Part shown: piece by piece, positions 50,878-64,000 of the stretch | Position numbering within the stretch: the stretch's first letter is position 1 | How the letters are laid out: every line of letters starts with the position of its first letter | Source: Lama glama | Taxonomy: Eukaryota | DNA length: 64,000 bases | Assembly: GCA_028534125.1 (NCBI GenBank) | Contig: CM052818.1 | Location: 8,434,001-8,498,000, forward strand | Direction of reading: 5' to 3' | Translations under genes and position numbers: made by a program | The notes under the pieces: model-generated | What the model saw: only the letters and a program-made list of their open reading frames with translations | Databases searched by the model: none | Told to the model about the DNA's origin: nothing

Positions 50878-53204
50878 CTGTATCAATGATAATACACAGT
50901 TTATTAAATGACATCGCTCAAAAAAGGGTTGTTTCTTAAGAAAATAATGTTAATATATTCTTTCTTTCTAAATGTTAACATCTTTTAAATAGTTGTAAAA
51001 AAACTACTGAAAAATCTAAATATCCATATTTTTAAATGGCATGTTTAATTAATAAAAAGTGAACAGGATTAAAAACTAACTGGTTAGGAGTTAGTTTAAT
51101 TCTGTGCTGCACATCTATGGAAGGCTAAAATTTTCTTCATGGAATTAAAGTATGGTTTCCTAATCATGAAGTCTGGAAACAAAAACTTGCTTCATAAAAC
51201 AGCAGGACAGTTTGCAGATCAGGTGAGATCTAGACTTTCAAGTATTCAAACTTTCAGAAGGAATTAGAAGACAAATTCTTAGTCTGAAATCCACGAACCC
51301 TTTTGGTCTTGAAGGTAGGGGTTAAAAGAAGTGGTAAACCCTGTAAATTATATTTAAATCTTGTTTAAATGTGCATTTTTCTCAAAGGGGATAAAACCCT
51401 CCTAAAGTTAAGAAACTACAGTAACTGAAAAAGTACCCAAAAGTCTCGTCTTTCTAAGAATTATAAGATGAAAATGGCTGAGGTTAGTTAAATACCATAT
51501 TATTTGATAAAATATAAAAATGTTTTTATCTTGAAGTATTTTAAACATAAATTTGTAAAGTTTACATTAAATGCTCTAAATGTTAAATAATTTAAATTTT
51601 CTTGATCTATTATTTTAACTTTAAATTTCAAATAAACTATAGTGAATGAAACATATTTCTAACATGATATATACAAACTAAATTTCAATCTGGTATATTT
51701 CCCCAAATTTAGAAAACCAAATTAAAAGTTTCTCATGTTTTTACCACAATAAAATAAAAAATGAAACAAAAAATACTGTTTCTTTTATAAAGCAATGCTT
51801 GTTAACATTCACTTATATTCTAAATATGGTATGATTTTGCAGACTTTGCCTTACAAACTGCTTACCTATCACTGGGATATAATTTCAATATATAACATTG
51901 TTCATAAAATGTTAACTTGCTTAATTTTACCCCCCATATTTTAACCCTGAAGATTTTTCTTTGGGAAAGGTGAGGAGGCAAGGAATGAAGAGGTAGAGAG
52001 AAAGTTTAGAGTATTCCAAGAGAAATCTCCACTCAAATTGAGACATTTAGTTTGACTAAATTTCCTCTCACCCAAATTCTCATGAGTGGTGCTAATTCAC
52101 TTACTGATTCTGCCCAGGGGAAAGGAGTCCACCTTTGAAAGATCTTCTCTGATTTTGTTTTCTCTCTTTGTCCTGTGTTTCCTTTCCTTTCACTTTGGCT
52201 TGGATTTCAGGGTAAGGTCTTTACTTTTAATTTCTCAGTATTTAAGTTTACAAATTTAAGTCCTGAGATAAAAGACTTAATTACTTCCACTCTGCACTGT
52301 CTCTCTACCACACTCACTTAGAAGCCAACTTTCCAGAGACGAGGCTTACTGTTATCTACCAAGTCATTTGCTGCCCTGTAAATGAGTGTCAAACATCTCA
52401 TTTTGACTGACGCAAAGAATCCAGTCTAATCAGTCAAGTAGAATGGCCAATTATAGTAACCACATTCCAAACACATTCAGAACTGTGATGCAGATTAGAC
52501 TGAAATGTTCATAGCTGTCTTCTTCCCATCACCTTTTAAGTCTTAGGCACAGAATTCCCATTTCTCCTCTTACTGACCTTCCACTCCAAGTAGGAACTAA
52601 CACTTTCACCACACTCAAAACATGCTCTTACCATTGACTTGACTGCACGTAACAACTAAGAGGAATGTTACTACTCTCCAGTTTGAATTTTACTCTTTTA
52701 GGAGACTAGAACTGGATGTAGAAATTATTTTGTACAATGTCTATTCAGTGATTAAGAAGTGATTTTATCTAACTGTACTGTATCTTCCTATAAAATTTTT
52801 AGAAGGCTGAGCCAAAGAACACAAATTGGCAGAAGTTCCTTTAGTTCTTTCAATCCTCTTATCGTAAACTTTTCAATTTGGGTTCCTTTCATGCCCTAGC
52901 TGCACCAAACAGCTCCAAAAATTGAACTGTGTAATTCAGAGTACAACTACTTACACTGAAGACACTGAAACATAAAACAGACACTTTTGATAACCTATAC
53001 AATTTAAAGTTTGAAATTGCTGTTGTCACTTTTATATTAGTGTTCATTTTCTAGAATCAAAAAGAGACTGTAACTAACAAGCAGTTCATCTAATTCAGCA
53101 GTAGACGTTCTCAATTATTGCCAGTCTAATGAGTCAAAACCATTTACCTACAGTGTTGTTTTAAAACATACTCTGAAGCTGCTTATTTGACAAAAGAAAC
53201 TTAC

Positions 53205-53386
53205 GTGGCTTTTCCTTCCCGAAGGAAAATGCAAGATAATGAAAACTGAAGAGTGGCAGATACAACTTTTTTAGACAATGGCTTGAATTTTAACTTGACG
53301 TCAGTCTGAGTTGGCATTGGGCTTGCATACTGTTTCATGTTGATGCTGCTAGTAGCAAGAGCTTTCCTTCGACCAGAAGGGGATTC
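53205..53386 (-). CDS. EHBP1: EHBP1 internal coding exon (182 nt), C-terminal part of NT-C2 domain
   Basis: Minus-strand translation ESPSGRRKALATSSINMKQYASPMPTQTDVKLKFKPLSKKVVSATLQFSLSCIFLREGKA(T) matches EHBP1 as I recall it. Acceptor ccttccag|GAA, donor AC|gtaagt; phase 0 to 2. Confidence 0.97.
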
Positions 53387-54071
53387 CTGGAAGGTTTAAA
53401 AAAAAATTATGTAACTTGGAGTTATTTACTTTATAGACAAATATTTCTGAATGTTACTCTAATGTGATTAAATAAGAGTTGAATCTTCCTTCTCCAATGA
53501 GTTCCTATAACACAATATTGAAATAAAATTGTAATAAGGTTATATTACAACTTTCATATCTTTAAGTAAGGCAGATATAAAATTGGAGAGAACTGGTTCG
53601 GGGAAATAAGGGACGACTAGAACAACCCTACATATCTCACGAAAGGAAAAGCAAGGGATGAAAAGTAGGACATAAGGTCCCCTCCCGTAAAAAGAGGATC
53701 TCGCACGGGGCTAGGTATCAAAAGTGCTCAACAGTTGTTTCCTTTCTTTGATTATATTTAATGTAACCTAATGATATCTCTCCTTTTTGAACACTTAGTA
53801 TTTCTTATAGAACCCAAACCTCGTTGGCATTCTACCTCATTTCTATCTACAGTCTCAGAATTCCATCCTGTGATCTGAGACTTCTTCCCAGGGTCTTTTC
53901 TGCTCATTCAAGTCTAAAGTTCTCTCTCACTTCCCTAAGATCATATCAATCAAGTAAGAGAGTTGGTTTCTCTAATTCTATACCTGTGGCAGACATTGCT
54001 ACCCAATCCCAGCAGATCTCAAAAGTCTTCTCCACACAGCTATTACCAATTCATTAGAAATAGAGCACAAA

Positions 54072-54171
54072 GACTAGGACATTGTGCTGTACACCAGAAA
54101 CTGACACACTATAATTGACTGTACTTCAATTAAAAGAAAAAGAGAGAGAGAGAGAAAAGAAAGAAAGAAAG

Positions 54172-54250
<79 letters not shown>

Positions 54251-54285
54251 AAAAGAAAGAGAGAGAAAAAGGAAGGAAGGAAGGA
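54072..54285 (+). repeat. Tiny L1 3' end whose tail is a (GAAA)n/(GA)n/(GGAA)n microsatellite
   Basis: tgtgctgtacaccagaaactgacacactataattgactgtacttcaatt followed by purine repeats. TSD-like agaaat(a/g)gagca(c/t)aaa at 54056-54071 and 54286-54301. Confidence 0.9.
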
Positions 54286-54619
54286 AGAAATGGAGCATAA
54301 AATGAAAGCTATTTGCTATCAAATGCATTTAACATTCCATTAATAAGCTATCTTGTTTCAAAATTATCCTTTGCAGAATAATAGCCTAGGAAAACAATGA
54401 AAACAGGATAACAAAATAATGACTGGGCATTAAATATGTGTAAGACATGGTGTCAATTCTGGAGAGAGATGATGATGAATAAGACATAATCTATTACTAT
54501 GTTCTAACGGCAAGGGGAAATCTTAGATACAGGATAATTTGTAAATAAGGTAAATCAGAGGTCACATACCATCATTAATGCAAACCAAAAGTCATGTATA
54601 CCAGCATTCCTTAGGATTT

Positions 54620-54740
54620 ACTGGTCTGGGATTCCAGACCTAAAATAAGCCCTGATTTCCCAGCTGTGTGACCTTGAGTAAGTCAGTAAACTTGAACCTC
54701 AGTAATCTTCCCTATACAATAAGAAGACAAACAGAAATCC
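54620..54740 (+). mobile_element. MIR relic
   Basis: cccagctgtgtgaccttgagtaagtcagtaaacttgaacctcagt. Confidence 0.6.
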
Positions 54741-56460
54741 ATTCAAGCACTACAATGGTTTTCTATAAAATTACTCAATTTTCTAACCAAGGCAGGAAAA
54801 ACTACCATTAACTTCTGAATTATTATTTAATAAATCTTTATTTGTCCTATGATTGAAAAACTTGCCTTAAAATAAGAATTTACTAATTTAATAAAAATAT
54901 TAAAACAGGCTTTTTCAAAAAATTGACATTTCTGCCAGCAGAACAAGTAAAAATGTAATGTAGCATCCCTAAAGAATACCTTGTTTTAAAATGTGGTCTT
55001 ATCTGTCAGATTATGCACAGCATTATTATACAGAACTATTAGTGCATGTAGATACCTTATGAATGAATTTCAAAAATACATCAAGCACTTGAGAAGGATT
55101 TAAGCCCTCTCAGAAGAAATACTTAAGAATATGCAAATACCCTCAACTGAATCAAGTTGAACAGATGTGACTATCCCAAACAATACAAGTGTTCTTTCCC
55201 TGGTCGCTACTGTCAATCAAAGAATAAGATTAAGGTCCAAGGTTCTGACAATGTGCAAAATGAAAAAGTATGATCAGTGAGTATCAATTTATTACACTGA
55301 TATGAACAATAATCTCTTATTGTACCTTTAGAATAGCTAACAACTATTACATATAATATAGGATTTAAAGCCTCTGTTTTGAAAGCATGACATACAAATT
55401 GCTACATATTATTTTCAGGTTTGTTAAACAAATTTGTTCCACAAAATGACATTCATCTCTTAATAGTAATTATTTAATTTGATAACCATATAATCAAACT
55501 ATAAAAATTAAGATAACTTAGAAATGAGCATAATTTTGAAAGCGTAGTTTGCCTAGTTTAAGGATGATTCCTGCAAAAATCTAGTTTTGATGATCAACAT
55601 TCTGTGTATTACTATGTAGGAAAGTTTTCTACTGAACTCAGAGGATTTTTAAGTTTTTGGTATATTGGTGTCTCTGAAACAAAAGGAAATAAAAGCTACT
55701 AAATTCTAAATACAATAGAATTAGCTGTATCACTTAATTAAGCAATTACTTGCTCAGCAACAATGAAAACAGACCTTTGATAAGGTCTGGGCAGGTGAGT
55801 AGAACAGAGCTCTTTTGAGTCTACAATATCCATTCCTAAAATTAACATAGGATCTCACTGAGAGTCTGTATCCTTGATGGGAAAAGGGGTCTAAATGGTG
55901 TTTCTAGTAATTCTTCACCCAGCTGAGTTATTGTTTTCCTCTTTAAAATTAGCTATCATATAGAAAATACATTTTTTAAAAGAATATTAATGAGAACAAC
56001 ATAAGGCTCTCTCATGGCTGTAACCCCAGCTCCATGAAACTTCACTTTCTATAATCATCAAGTCTATTATCTTTACCCACCCAAAACTGCTATCATTACT
56101 ATCATCAGTCCTATAAAGACAAATGAAATAACTGATTGCATTGCTATGTCTTTCATATCCTATGGTCCATCGTTAAAGGACTAACTAAGGGTCATCCTGG
56201 CAAGAGAGTTTAGAGAGAATTACTGTTATTGTTATCAGAATCCTAATGCTATTTCATGTTACATGTTCATGTTGGACAAGATGAGAGAAATAAGAGGAAA
56301 AACAGTAAGAGGAACACTTAAAGAAAGTTAGATGACAGAAGTCAGTAAGAAGTGAGCGTTTACATTTGTCTAAGACAAACTGTCTCTGGGCCTATGTTTA
56401 TACCTTTGTTTGTATGTGAATCTGGCACAAGTATTTTGAAAATTACTTCAAAATCCCTAA

Positions 56461-56718
56461 GGCAGAAGTTCTTAAACTTTAGAGCTTATTAAAAAACAAA
56501 AATAAAACTAGGAGAGCTTTAGATAATTTAGATATCTGGATCTCACCCCTAGAAATCCTAAATTAGAAAAACTAGAGATGGGCTCAGGAATCCGCTGCAT
56601 TTCTAAAAATAGTAAGTCCCTCCCCTCCCCACTCCCATCCTGCCCCTCCCACAAACACACCCCTACCACCAGGTGATTCTGATCCAGTTACCCTAAAATC
56701 ACATTTTCAGAAATACCT
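56461..56718. mobile_element. MER5A-like hAT MITE
   Basis: cagaagttcttaaacttt...tcacccctaga...gggctcaggaatcc...gcatttctaaa...ccaggtgattctgat...cacattttcagaaatac. Confidence 0.65.
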
Positions 56719-58427
56719 TCCCTAAAGAGATTCTAACATAAAATTATTTTACTTAAGAGATCTCAATCTCATTTTTCATAACTATTCTATGTTATAAAAA
56801 AGACTTAGCTATATATTTCCATTTCTTTGAAATCCAGCTTAATGTAGCTGTAATCAGACAAATCTAGATTAGAATGTGACACCAGCACTTATTCACTGGT
56901 TAATCTCTGGCATATTTCTTCAGGTATTTGAGTCTCAGTTTCACACTCTCAGATTGGCAAGTATTTTTAAAAGCTGGACAATACCAAGTGTTAGTAAGAA
57001 TGAGGAACACAAAATTATAAACTGACTATACTTCAATAAAAAAAGATATATATATAAAGAATGAGGAGCAGTGCAAATTCTCTTAACATTGCTGGAGAGA
57101 GTTTCAACTGATATAGCCACCTTGAAAAGCAATTTGACTTTACCTTGTTAAGTTCAACATGTGAATACCTTATGACTCAGCAATGATTTCCACCCTAGAA
57201 ATATGTCCTCAAGAAATTCTTGCAGTAATATGAAAATATCTACCAGAGTTTTTAGCATATAGTAGGTGTTTAATAAATAGCATTATTAATATTTATGGAC
57301 CATTTAACCTGCTTTATTACACTAGTATTATAAACAGTCCATCCAGGATCACCAGTCTTGAAAAGGGGAAAATAAATAAATGCATAATCAGATAAGGATG
57401 TTTGTTTTAAAGTAATGTAGTTACATCATTGAAATTCATGCACAGACCCCCTTATACTTTCATCAGACCTGAAATGAATTCTCTACCTCAGTGTACACTT
57501 GTTGCCATGGGAGTGCTAACAATACAAGCAACAGGTGAATAAATGTTTACTGTGTATAGCATAAAAGGAAAAAGATTTACAGCTTTTCTAATTAGGAATG
57601 AACTAATACATTCTCATGAGACTCAGGACTTTTTAAAAAATAGTTTTAAACATTATAGATTTTACCAAAAACAAAAAAGTAGCTAATCTCACCAAGTTTA
57701 CCCTCCTAAAATTAACAACATGATATGTAATATAATGGTAGCAAGACATGTAGTTAAATGGGGTATTCTTTAGTTCATTGTATAAGAATTTGGAGAGAAC
57801 ATCTCTTGTCCACATTATTCAAGTTAGGGTCTTCTTACAGAAATAGTTCATTGTATAATATCCCATTCATTATGAACCCCAAGATAAATACAATTAACAT
57901 AATGCCTCTCATTAAAATATTTGACTGATTTTTCTCTACCTATTAAAATGTCACATAAAATAAGCCATGTGCTAGAAACTTAACTTTCCCATATAAGAGA
58001 ACTGGGGGTGGGTGTAAGGAGAGAAGGAGCCTACTTAGATTTTATAATTTTTTCAGAGCTTTATTACATAGAATGCTCTAAAAAATTCTGTCATGTACTA
58101 GTAATACCTTAATTATCATGTTTTAATAACACATTGAAAATTAATGGCATTATCATTTGAGTTTTTAAAAAATTGTGAAATACATCACACATACTAAAGT
58201 ATAAAACATACAAATACTATTTCATGAATAGTAAAATGAACATACTGTACCCACCATCCTGCTTAATAGAACAATACCAGCACCTTAAATTCCTCCTGTC
58301 CCCTCCCAAATTGCATCCCCCCATTTCTTCCTCCAGAAGAGACTTGCACCCTGAATTTTGGGTTACCCCTTTCCTCCCTCTCTTCAAAAAAGAATACTAC
58401 CTATGTATGCATTCCTAATGATTATAT

Positions 58428-58850
58428 TACAGATGAATGGATAAAGAAGATGTGGGATATCCATACAATGGACTATTCACCTTAAAGAGAATGAAATTCT
58501 GACACATGCTACATCATGGACAAAGCTTGAGAATATTATACTAGGAGAAATAAGCCAGACACCAAAGGAAAGATACTGTATGATTACACTTATATGAGAA
58601 ACAGGCAAATTTATAGAGACAGAAAGTAGAACAGAGATTACCAGGTATTGAGAGGAGGGGAGATAAAGAGTTATCGTTTAATGGGTAAAGAGTTTGTGTT
58701 TGGGATGATGAAAAAGTCCCAGAAACAGGTGGTCACAAAGGTTATGCAATATTGTGAGTATACTTAATGCCACAAATTGTACAATTAAAAATGTTTAAAA
58801 TGGTAAATTTTATGTTATGCATATTTTACTACAACAAAAAATGAGAAAAA
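58428..58850 (+). mobile_element. L1MB-like 3' end nested in an older minus-strand L1
   Basis: acagatgaatggataaagaagatgtgg...tgaaattctgacacatgctacatcatgga...tgggatgatgaaaaagt...tggtaaattttatgttatgcatattttactacaa. Confidence 0.85.
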
Positions 58851-61250
58851 TACATTGTGTAGTTCTGCATGTTTTTATCTTTGTATAATGAAATAACATT
58901 AACATTTTTGTAAGTTGTTTCTTGTGTTGAATATTAAATTATTGATATTCATCTATGCAGATGTGTACAGCTGTAATTCATTAAATTTCATTGCTCCTAG
59001 TATTCCATTATATGAATATTCTACAGTTTACCTATCCATTTTACTGTTGATGGACATGGTTGCTTGAGGTTTAATTATTTATTTGGAATTATTAACAATG
59101 CTATCAATATTCTGTCTATATCCTGGTGCACATGTGTAATAGCTTGCCTAGGACATATTTCTAGAATGGGTCATAGCATATGTACGTGTTCAACTTCACA
59201 CCAGAAAATGTCAAATTGTAATCCAAAGTGGCTTTATTAATTTACATGCCCTAAGTGTTTCCATTGCTCCACATTTTACCAACACCTGGTATTTTCTTTT
59301 TCATTTTTGCCAGTCTGAGATGTTACCTCATTACAGTCTAAACTGCATTTCCCTGATTACTAATGACATTGATTATCCTTTCATAGTTTATTGGCCATGT
59401 ATTTCCTCTTCTGTGAAATCTTTTGTACTTTTTCCTACTGTGCTGTTTATCTTTTGGTTACTGACTAATTACATATGCACTCTGATACTGAATCCACTGT
59501 CACTTACATGTGCTATAAATATCTTCTTTCAGTTTTTAGCTTGTACCTTCACTCTCTAAGAAATCTTTTGAATGAACCCAATTTTTTAATTTTAATGTGA
59601 AGTCAACCTTTTCCTTTACGAGTTGTGCTTTTGTACTTTTTTGAGAAAATATTAACCCTGAGGTCATAAAGCTATTCTCCCTTTCCCTCAAAACTTATAT
59701 ACCTCTGCTTTTTTTATTTAAGAGTCCTTGCCACCTGGAATTAATTTTTGCATAAGTTTTCAGAGAGGAATCCAATTTCAATTTTTAAAAATTTATAAAT
59801 AAATAATTATTGCAGCACTATTATTAAATAATTCATGTATATCCCTCCTTTCTCCTATTTACAATGCCCACTCTATCAAAAATCTGGTTTGCATATACAA
59901 GTCTGTGTTCTCTAATTCTGTACCACAAGCCAATTGTTCTAACCTCACAACAAGATAATATTGCCTTAACTACCAAAGCTTCAACTTTTGGGATAACTTA
60001 AGATTTTTTTAACCTTGAATCTATGCTGTGGTTAAAAGATTAATGTGGTAAATTAGTAGATTTTCTAAAATTAAAGCAACTCCACATTCCTGGGAAACAT
60101 TACAAAAACATCCAAAGTTATCTGGGCCTGTTTTCTTTTGGGGAAGGTTTCTAATTACTGATGTAATTTCATTAATGATTACAGAAATATTCAGGTGTAT
60201 AACATCTCCCTAAGTCAGTTTAGAAAGTATCCGCCCCACCTCAGAATTTATATGTTTCGTCCAAGATCTCAAATTTGGTAACATAAAACTATTCAAAATA
60301 TCTTTATTATTTTAATCTCTGCAGAATCTGTAGTTTTGTACATTTTTTTACTCCCAGTACTATTTGGGCTTTCTCACACTCTTTTGTTCCTAGATAGTGC
60401 TTGCTATAAATTCTCTTTTATTGGGCTTTCCAAATCAATGACTTTGGATTTGTTGATCCTTTGGAGTGAATGTATATTTCTATTTCAGTGGTTTCTGCTT
60501 CTTTATTATTTCCTTCCCCCTACTTTCGTCAGGTATATTCTGTTTTAACTCTTGAATTCTGAGTATTTCTTCTTTCCTGATGTAGAGTATATAAGAGTAT
60601 CTATTTCTCTAAATACTACTTTAAATGTCTTACATTTTAGTATGAATTATTTTTGCTATTCTGTGAATATTTTCTAATTTTTCATTACAAGTTCTTAGAC
60701 TCATGTTTATAAATTTTTCTCATCTATATGGAGTTTTTCTACTTTATGTAATTGATTACTATTTAATTGATTTACGATCACAGAATGTGATCTGTATAAT
60801 GTCAAGTCTTCAAAATGTACTGACAACCTTTATGGCCTGATTCATGATCAATTTTCATAACTGTTTATAGGTCCTTAAAAGTATTTAACTGGTGTGCATA
60901 CACTGGTGTTCACTTTACAACAGGATCATTTTTATGCAAAGTCACCTAATTGCACCAAACCATTATATTTCCTATGTGAAAAGGATAAGCAGAGCAGTAG
61001 AAATTTGATGTGTGAGGTCATGGAACATTTTCCAAAGAACACAAATCAAGAAATAAATAAAGGAAAGAACTGAGAAGCTACTCACAGACTTCATTACAAT
61101 CCAGTCCTTTTACATAACTTCCCTTTATTTTAGAACTGGCACTTGTAAACAGCATACATCCAAAAAATTTTTTAATCCAGTCTGATAATCTCTGTCTTTT
61201 ACTGGGGAGTTTAGGTGAACAATTCTGAAATGTTTCTAATGCTTTTTTAA
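58850..61250 (-). mobile_element. Highly degenerate L1 (L1ME-like) fragments
   Basis: tagtattccattatatgaata...tgcatttccctgattactaatga...aatccagtctgataatctctgtcttttactggg. A matching 3' piece lies at ~58160-58425. Confidence 0.65.
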
Positions 61251-61349
61251 AGCATGTAACAGGGTCTTGAGATAAAAACATTTCATTTCATTCAAACATG
61301 ACTCATGTTAACACATTTTTATGAAGAATAAGTATACTTTCTTCTATTA

Positions 61350-64000
61350 AGACTATTTTTTAGAGCAGTTTTAGGTGTATGACAAAACTGAGAGGGAGGT
61401 AAATAGATTTCCCATCTATCCCCTGCCCCCAGGATGCACAGCCTACCCTATTAATCAATATTGCTCACTAAAATGGTACATCGTTTACCACCCAGGTGAA
61501 GCTACACTGATGTATCATAATTACCCAAAGTCCATAGTTTAAGGGTTCTCTTGTGTGTTGTACATTTCGGACAAATTTATAGTGACATATATCCATCATT
61601 ATGATATACAGAGCATTTCACTGCCCTAGCATCCTCTGTGCTCTCTGCCTGTTCGTCTCCTCCACTCCTCACCCTTGGCGACCACTGATCGTTTTCCTGT
61701 CTCCATAGTTTTGCCTTCTCCAGAACATAGTATAGCTGGAATCATACACTAGGTAGCCTTTTCAGATTGGCTTCTTTTATTTAGTAATAGGCATTTAAGG
61801 TTCCCTCAGGGCTTTTCTTTTTAAAACTGAATTAATATTCTATTGTCTGTATGTACCACAGTTTATCCACTCATATGCTGAGGAACATCTTGGTTGCTTC
61901 CAAGTTTTGGCAATTTATGAATAAAGCTGCTATAAACATCCATGTGCAGGGTTTTGTGTGGACAACGGTTTTCAGTTCGTTTGGGTAAGTACCAAGGAGT
62001 GTGATTGCTGGATCATATGGTGAGAGTATATTTTGTTTTGTAAGAAACTGCCAAACTGTCCCAAAGTGGATGCACCATTTTGCATTCCCACCAGCAATGT
62101 ATGAGAGTTTCTGTTGCTCCATATCCTTGCCAGCATTGGGTGTGGTCAGTGTGACAGATTTTGGCCATTGTAATAGGTGGGTAGTGGTATCTCATTATTT
62201 TAATTTGCATTTCCCTAATAACATATGATGTGAATATCTTTTCATATGCCTATTTGCCATCTGTATATCCTCTTTGGTGAGGTGTCTCTTAGGGTTTTTG
62301 TCCCATTTTTAAAATTGAGCTTTTCTTACTGTTCTTCGTATATCTAGGATAAGTCTTTTATCAGATAAGTCTTCTGCAAATATTTTCTCCCTGTCTGTGG
62401 TCTGCTTTCTCATTCTCTTGACACTGTCTTTAGTAAAACAAAGTTTTCAATTTTAATGAAGTCCAGTTTATCCATTATTTCTTTCTTGGATCATACCTTT
62501 CTTGTTGTATATAAAAAGGCAACATCCTACTAAAGGTCATCTAGGTTTCTCCTATGTTATCTCCTAGGAGTTTTATAATTTTGCATTTTACATTTAGGCC
62601 TATGATCCACTATGAGTTAATTTGTGTGAAGGGTGTAAAGCGTCTGTCTAGATTCATTTTTTTGCATATGGATATCCAGTTGTTCCAGCACCATTTGTTG
62701 AAAAGACTATCTTTGCTCCTTGTGTTGTTCCTTTGTCAAATATCAGTTCACTCTACTTATGGGGGCCTATTTCTATATTGATGTATCTGTCTGTTCTTTT
62801 GCCAATACCATACTGTCTTGGTTACTGTAGCTTGTACTAAGCCTTGAATTCAGGTAGTATTGGTCCTCCAACCTTGTTCTTCTCCTTTAATATTCTGTTG
62901 GCTCTTCTCAGTCTTTGCCTCTCCATATAAACTTTAAAATCTATTGATATCCACAAAATAACTTGCTAAGTCTTTCATTAGAATTGCATTGAATCTATAG
63001 ATCAAGTTGGAAAGAAGTGACATTCTGACAATATGGAGTCTTTCTATCTATGAACATGGAATATCTTTGCATTTATTTAGTTCTTCTTTGATTTCTTCAT
63101 CAGAGTTTTATGGTATTCCTCATATAGATTTTGCACCTATTTTGTTAGGTTAATATTTGAGTATTTCACTTTGGGTGTTCTAATATAAATGGAATTATGT
63201 CTTTAACTTCAAATTTACCTTGTTAATTGTTGGTATATAGAAAAGCAATTGACTTTTGTATATAAATCTTATATCCTACAACCTTGTTATAATCATTTAT
63301 TAGTTCCACGAGTTTTTTTGTTGATTCTTTCAGACTTTCTACATAGAAGATCATGTATTTTGTGAACAAAGACAATTTTATATCTTCCTTCCCAATCTGT
63401 ATACTTTTAATTTCCTTTTCTTCTCTTATTCAATCAGCAAGGACTTCCAGTACAATGTAGAAAAGTGGTGAAAGGGGACACCCTTGACCTTAGTGGGAAA
63501 GCTTTGAGTTTCTCACCATCAAGTATGATGTTAGCTATAGCTATAGGGTTTTGTAGATATTCTTTATTAAGTTTAAGAAGTTCCCCTCTACTCCAGGTTG
63601 GCTGAGAGTTTTATCATTAATGGGTACTGAATTCTGTCAAATGCTTTTTCTGCATAAATTGACATACTCATATGATTTTTCTTTTTTAATCTATTGATGT
63701 TATGAATTATATTAATTGATTTTCAAATACTGAACCAAGCTTGCATACCTACTTGGTGGTGTGGCATCAATCCCACTTGGTGGTGGTATATAATTCTTTT
63801 TATACTTTGTTAGGTTCAACGTGCTAATATTTTGTTGAGGATTTTTGCATCTATAGGAGCTATTGGTATGTAGTTTTCTTTTCTTGTAAGGTCTTTGGTT
63901 TGGGCATAGGGTCATGCTATCCATATAGAATGAGTTAAGAAGTATTCTTTCTGTTCCTAGCCTCTGAAAGAAACTGTAGAGAACTGGTATAATTTCTTCC
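61350..64000 (-). mobile_element. L1MC1-like LINE-1 (3' UTR and ORF2 relic), runs off the window
   Basis: 3' end ttttttagagcagttttaggt...gatttccc. Minus-strand ORFs 61871..62122, 62013..62210 and 63712..63924 are broken ORF2 pieces (PYDPAITLLGTYP, WMFIAALF, MQIKIMRYHY). Confidence 0.92.

Noticed and set aside
54074..54328. ORFs rich in KKER / FLSF
   Set aside because: Translations of the (GAAA)n microsatellite.

Overview
Mammalian genomic DNA, AT-rich and repeat-dense. It is most likely a camelid, because three tRNA-derived Vic-1-type SINEs are present. The whole window lies inside EHBP1 (EH domain-binding protein 1) on the minus strand. Six internal coding exons with canonical AG/GT ends and matching phases can be read: 53386-53205, 50877-50738, 33491-33387, 32728-32606, 29915-29675 and 18986-18797. 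They encode the end of the NT-C2 domain, an acidic linker and five NPF motifs. The rest is intron filled with L1, L2, MIR, MaLR LTR and DNA-transposon relics, microsatellites and one 100-N gap. Nearly all ORFs in the supplied track are spurious. The most unusual structure is a ~2.1 kb foreign segment (40932-43064) that splits an old L1 and is flanked by a 17-bp direct repeat. It carries a CpG-island-like promoter with a perfect TCTCGCGAGA palindrome and a splice donor oriented with EHBP1. It is a candidate transplanted promoter that may drive an internal EHBP1 transcript and/or an antisense RNA. Repeat subfamily names and boundaries are by-eye estimates.
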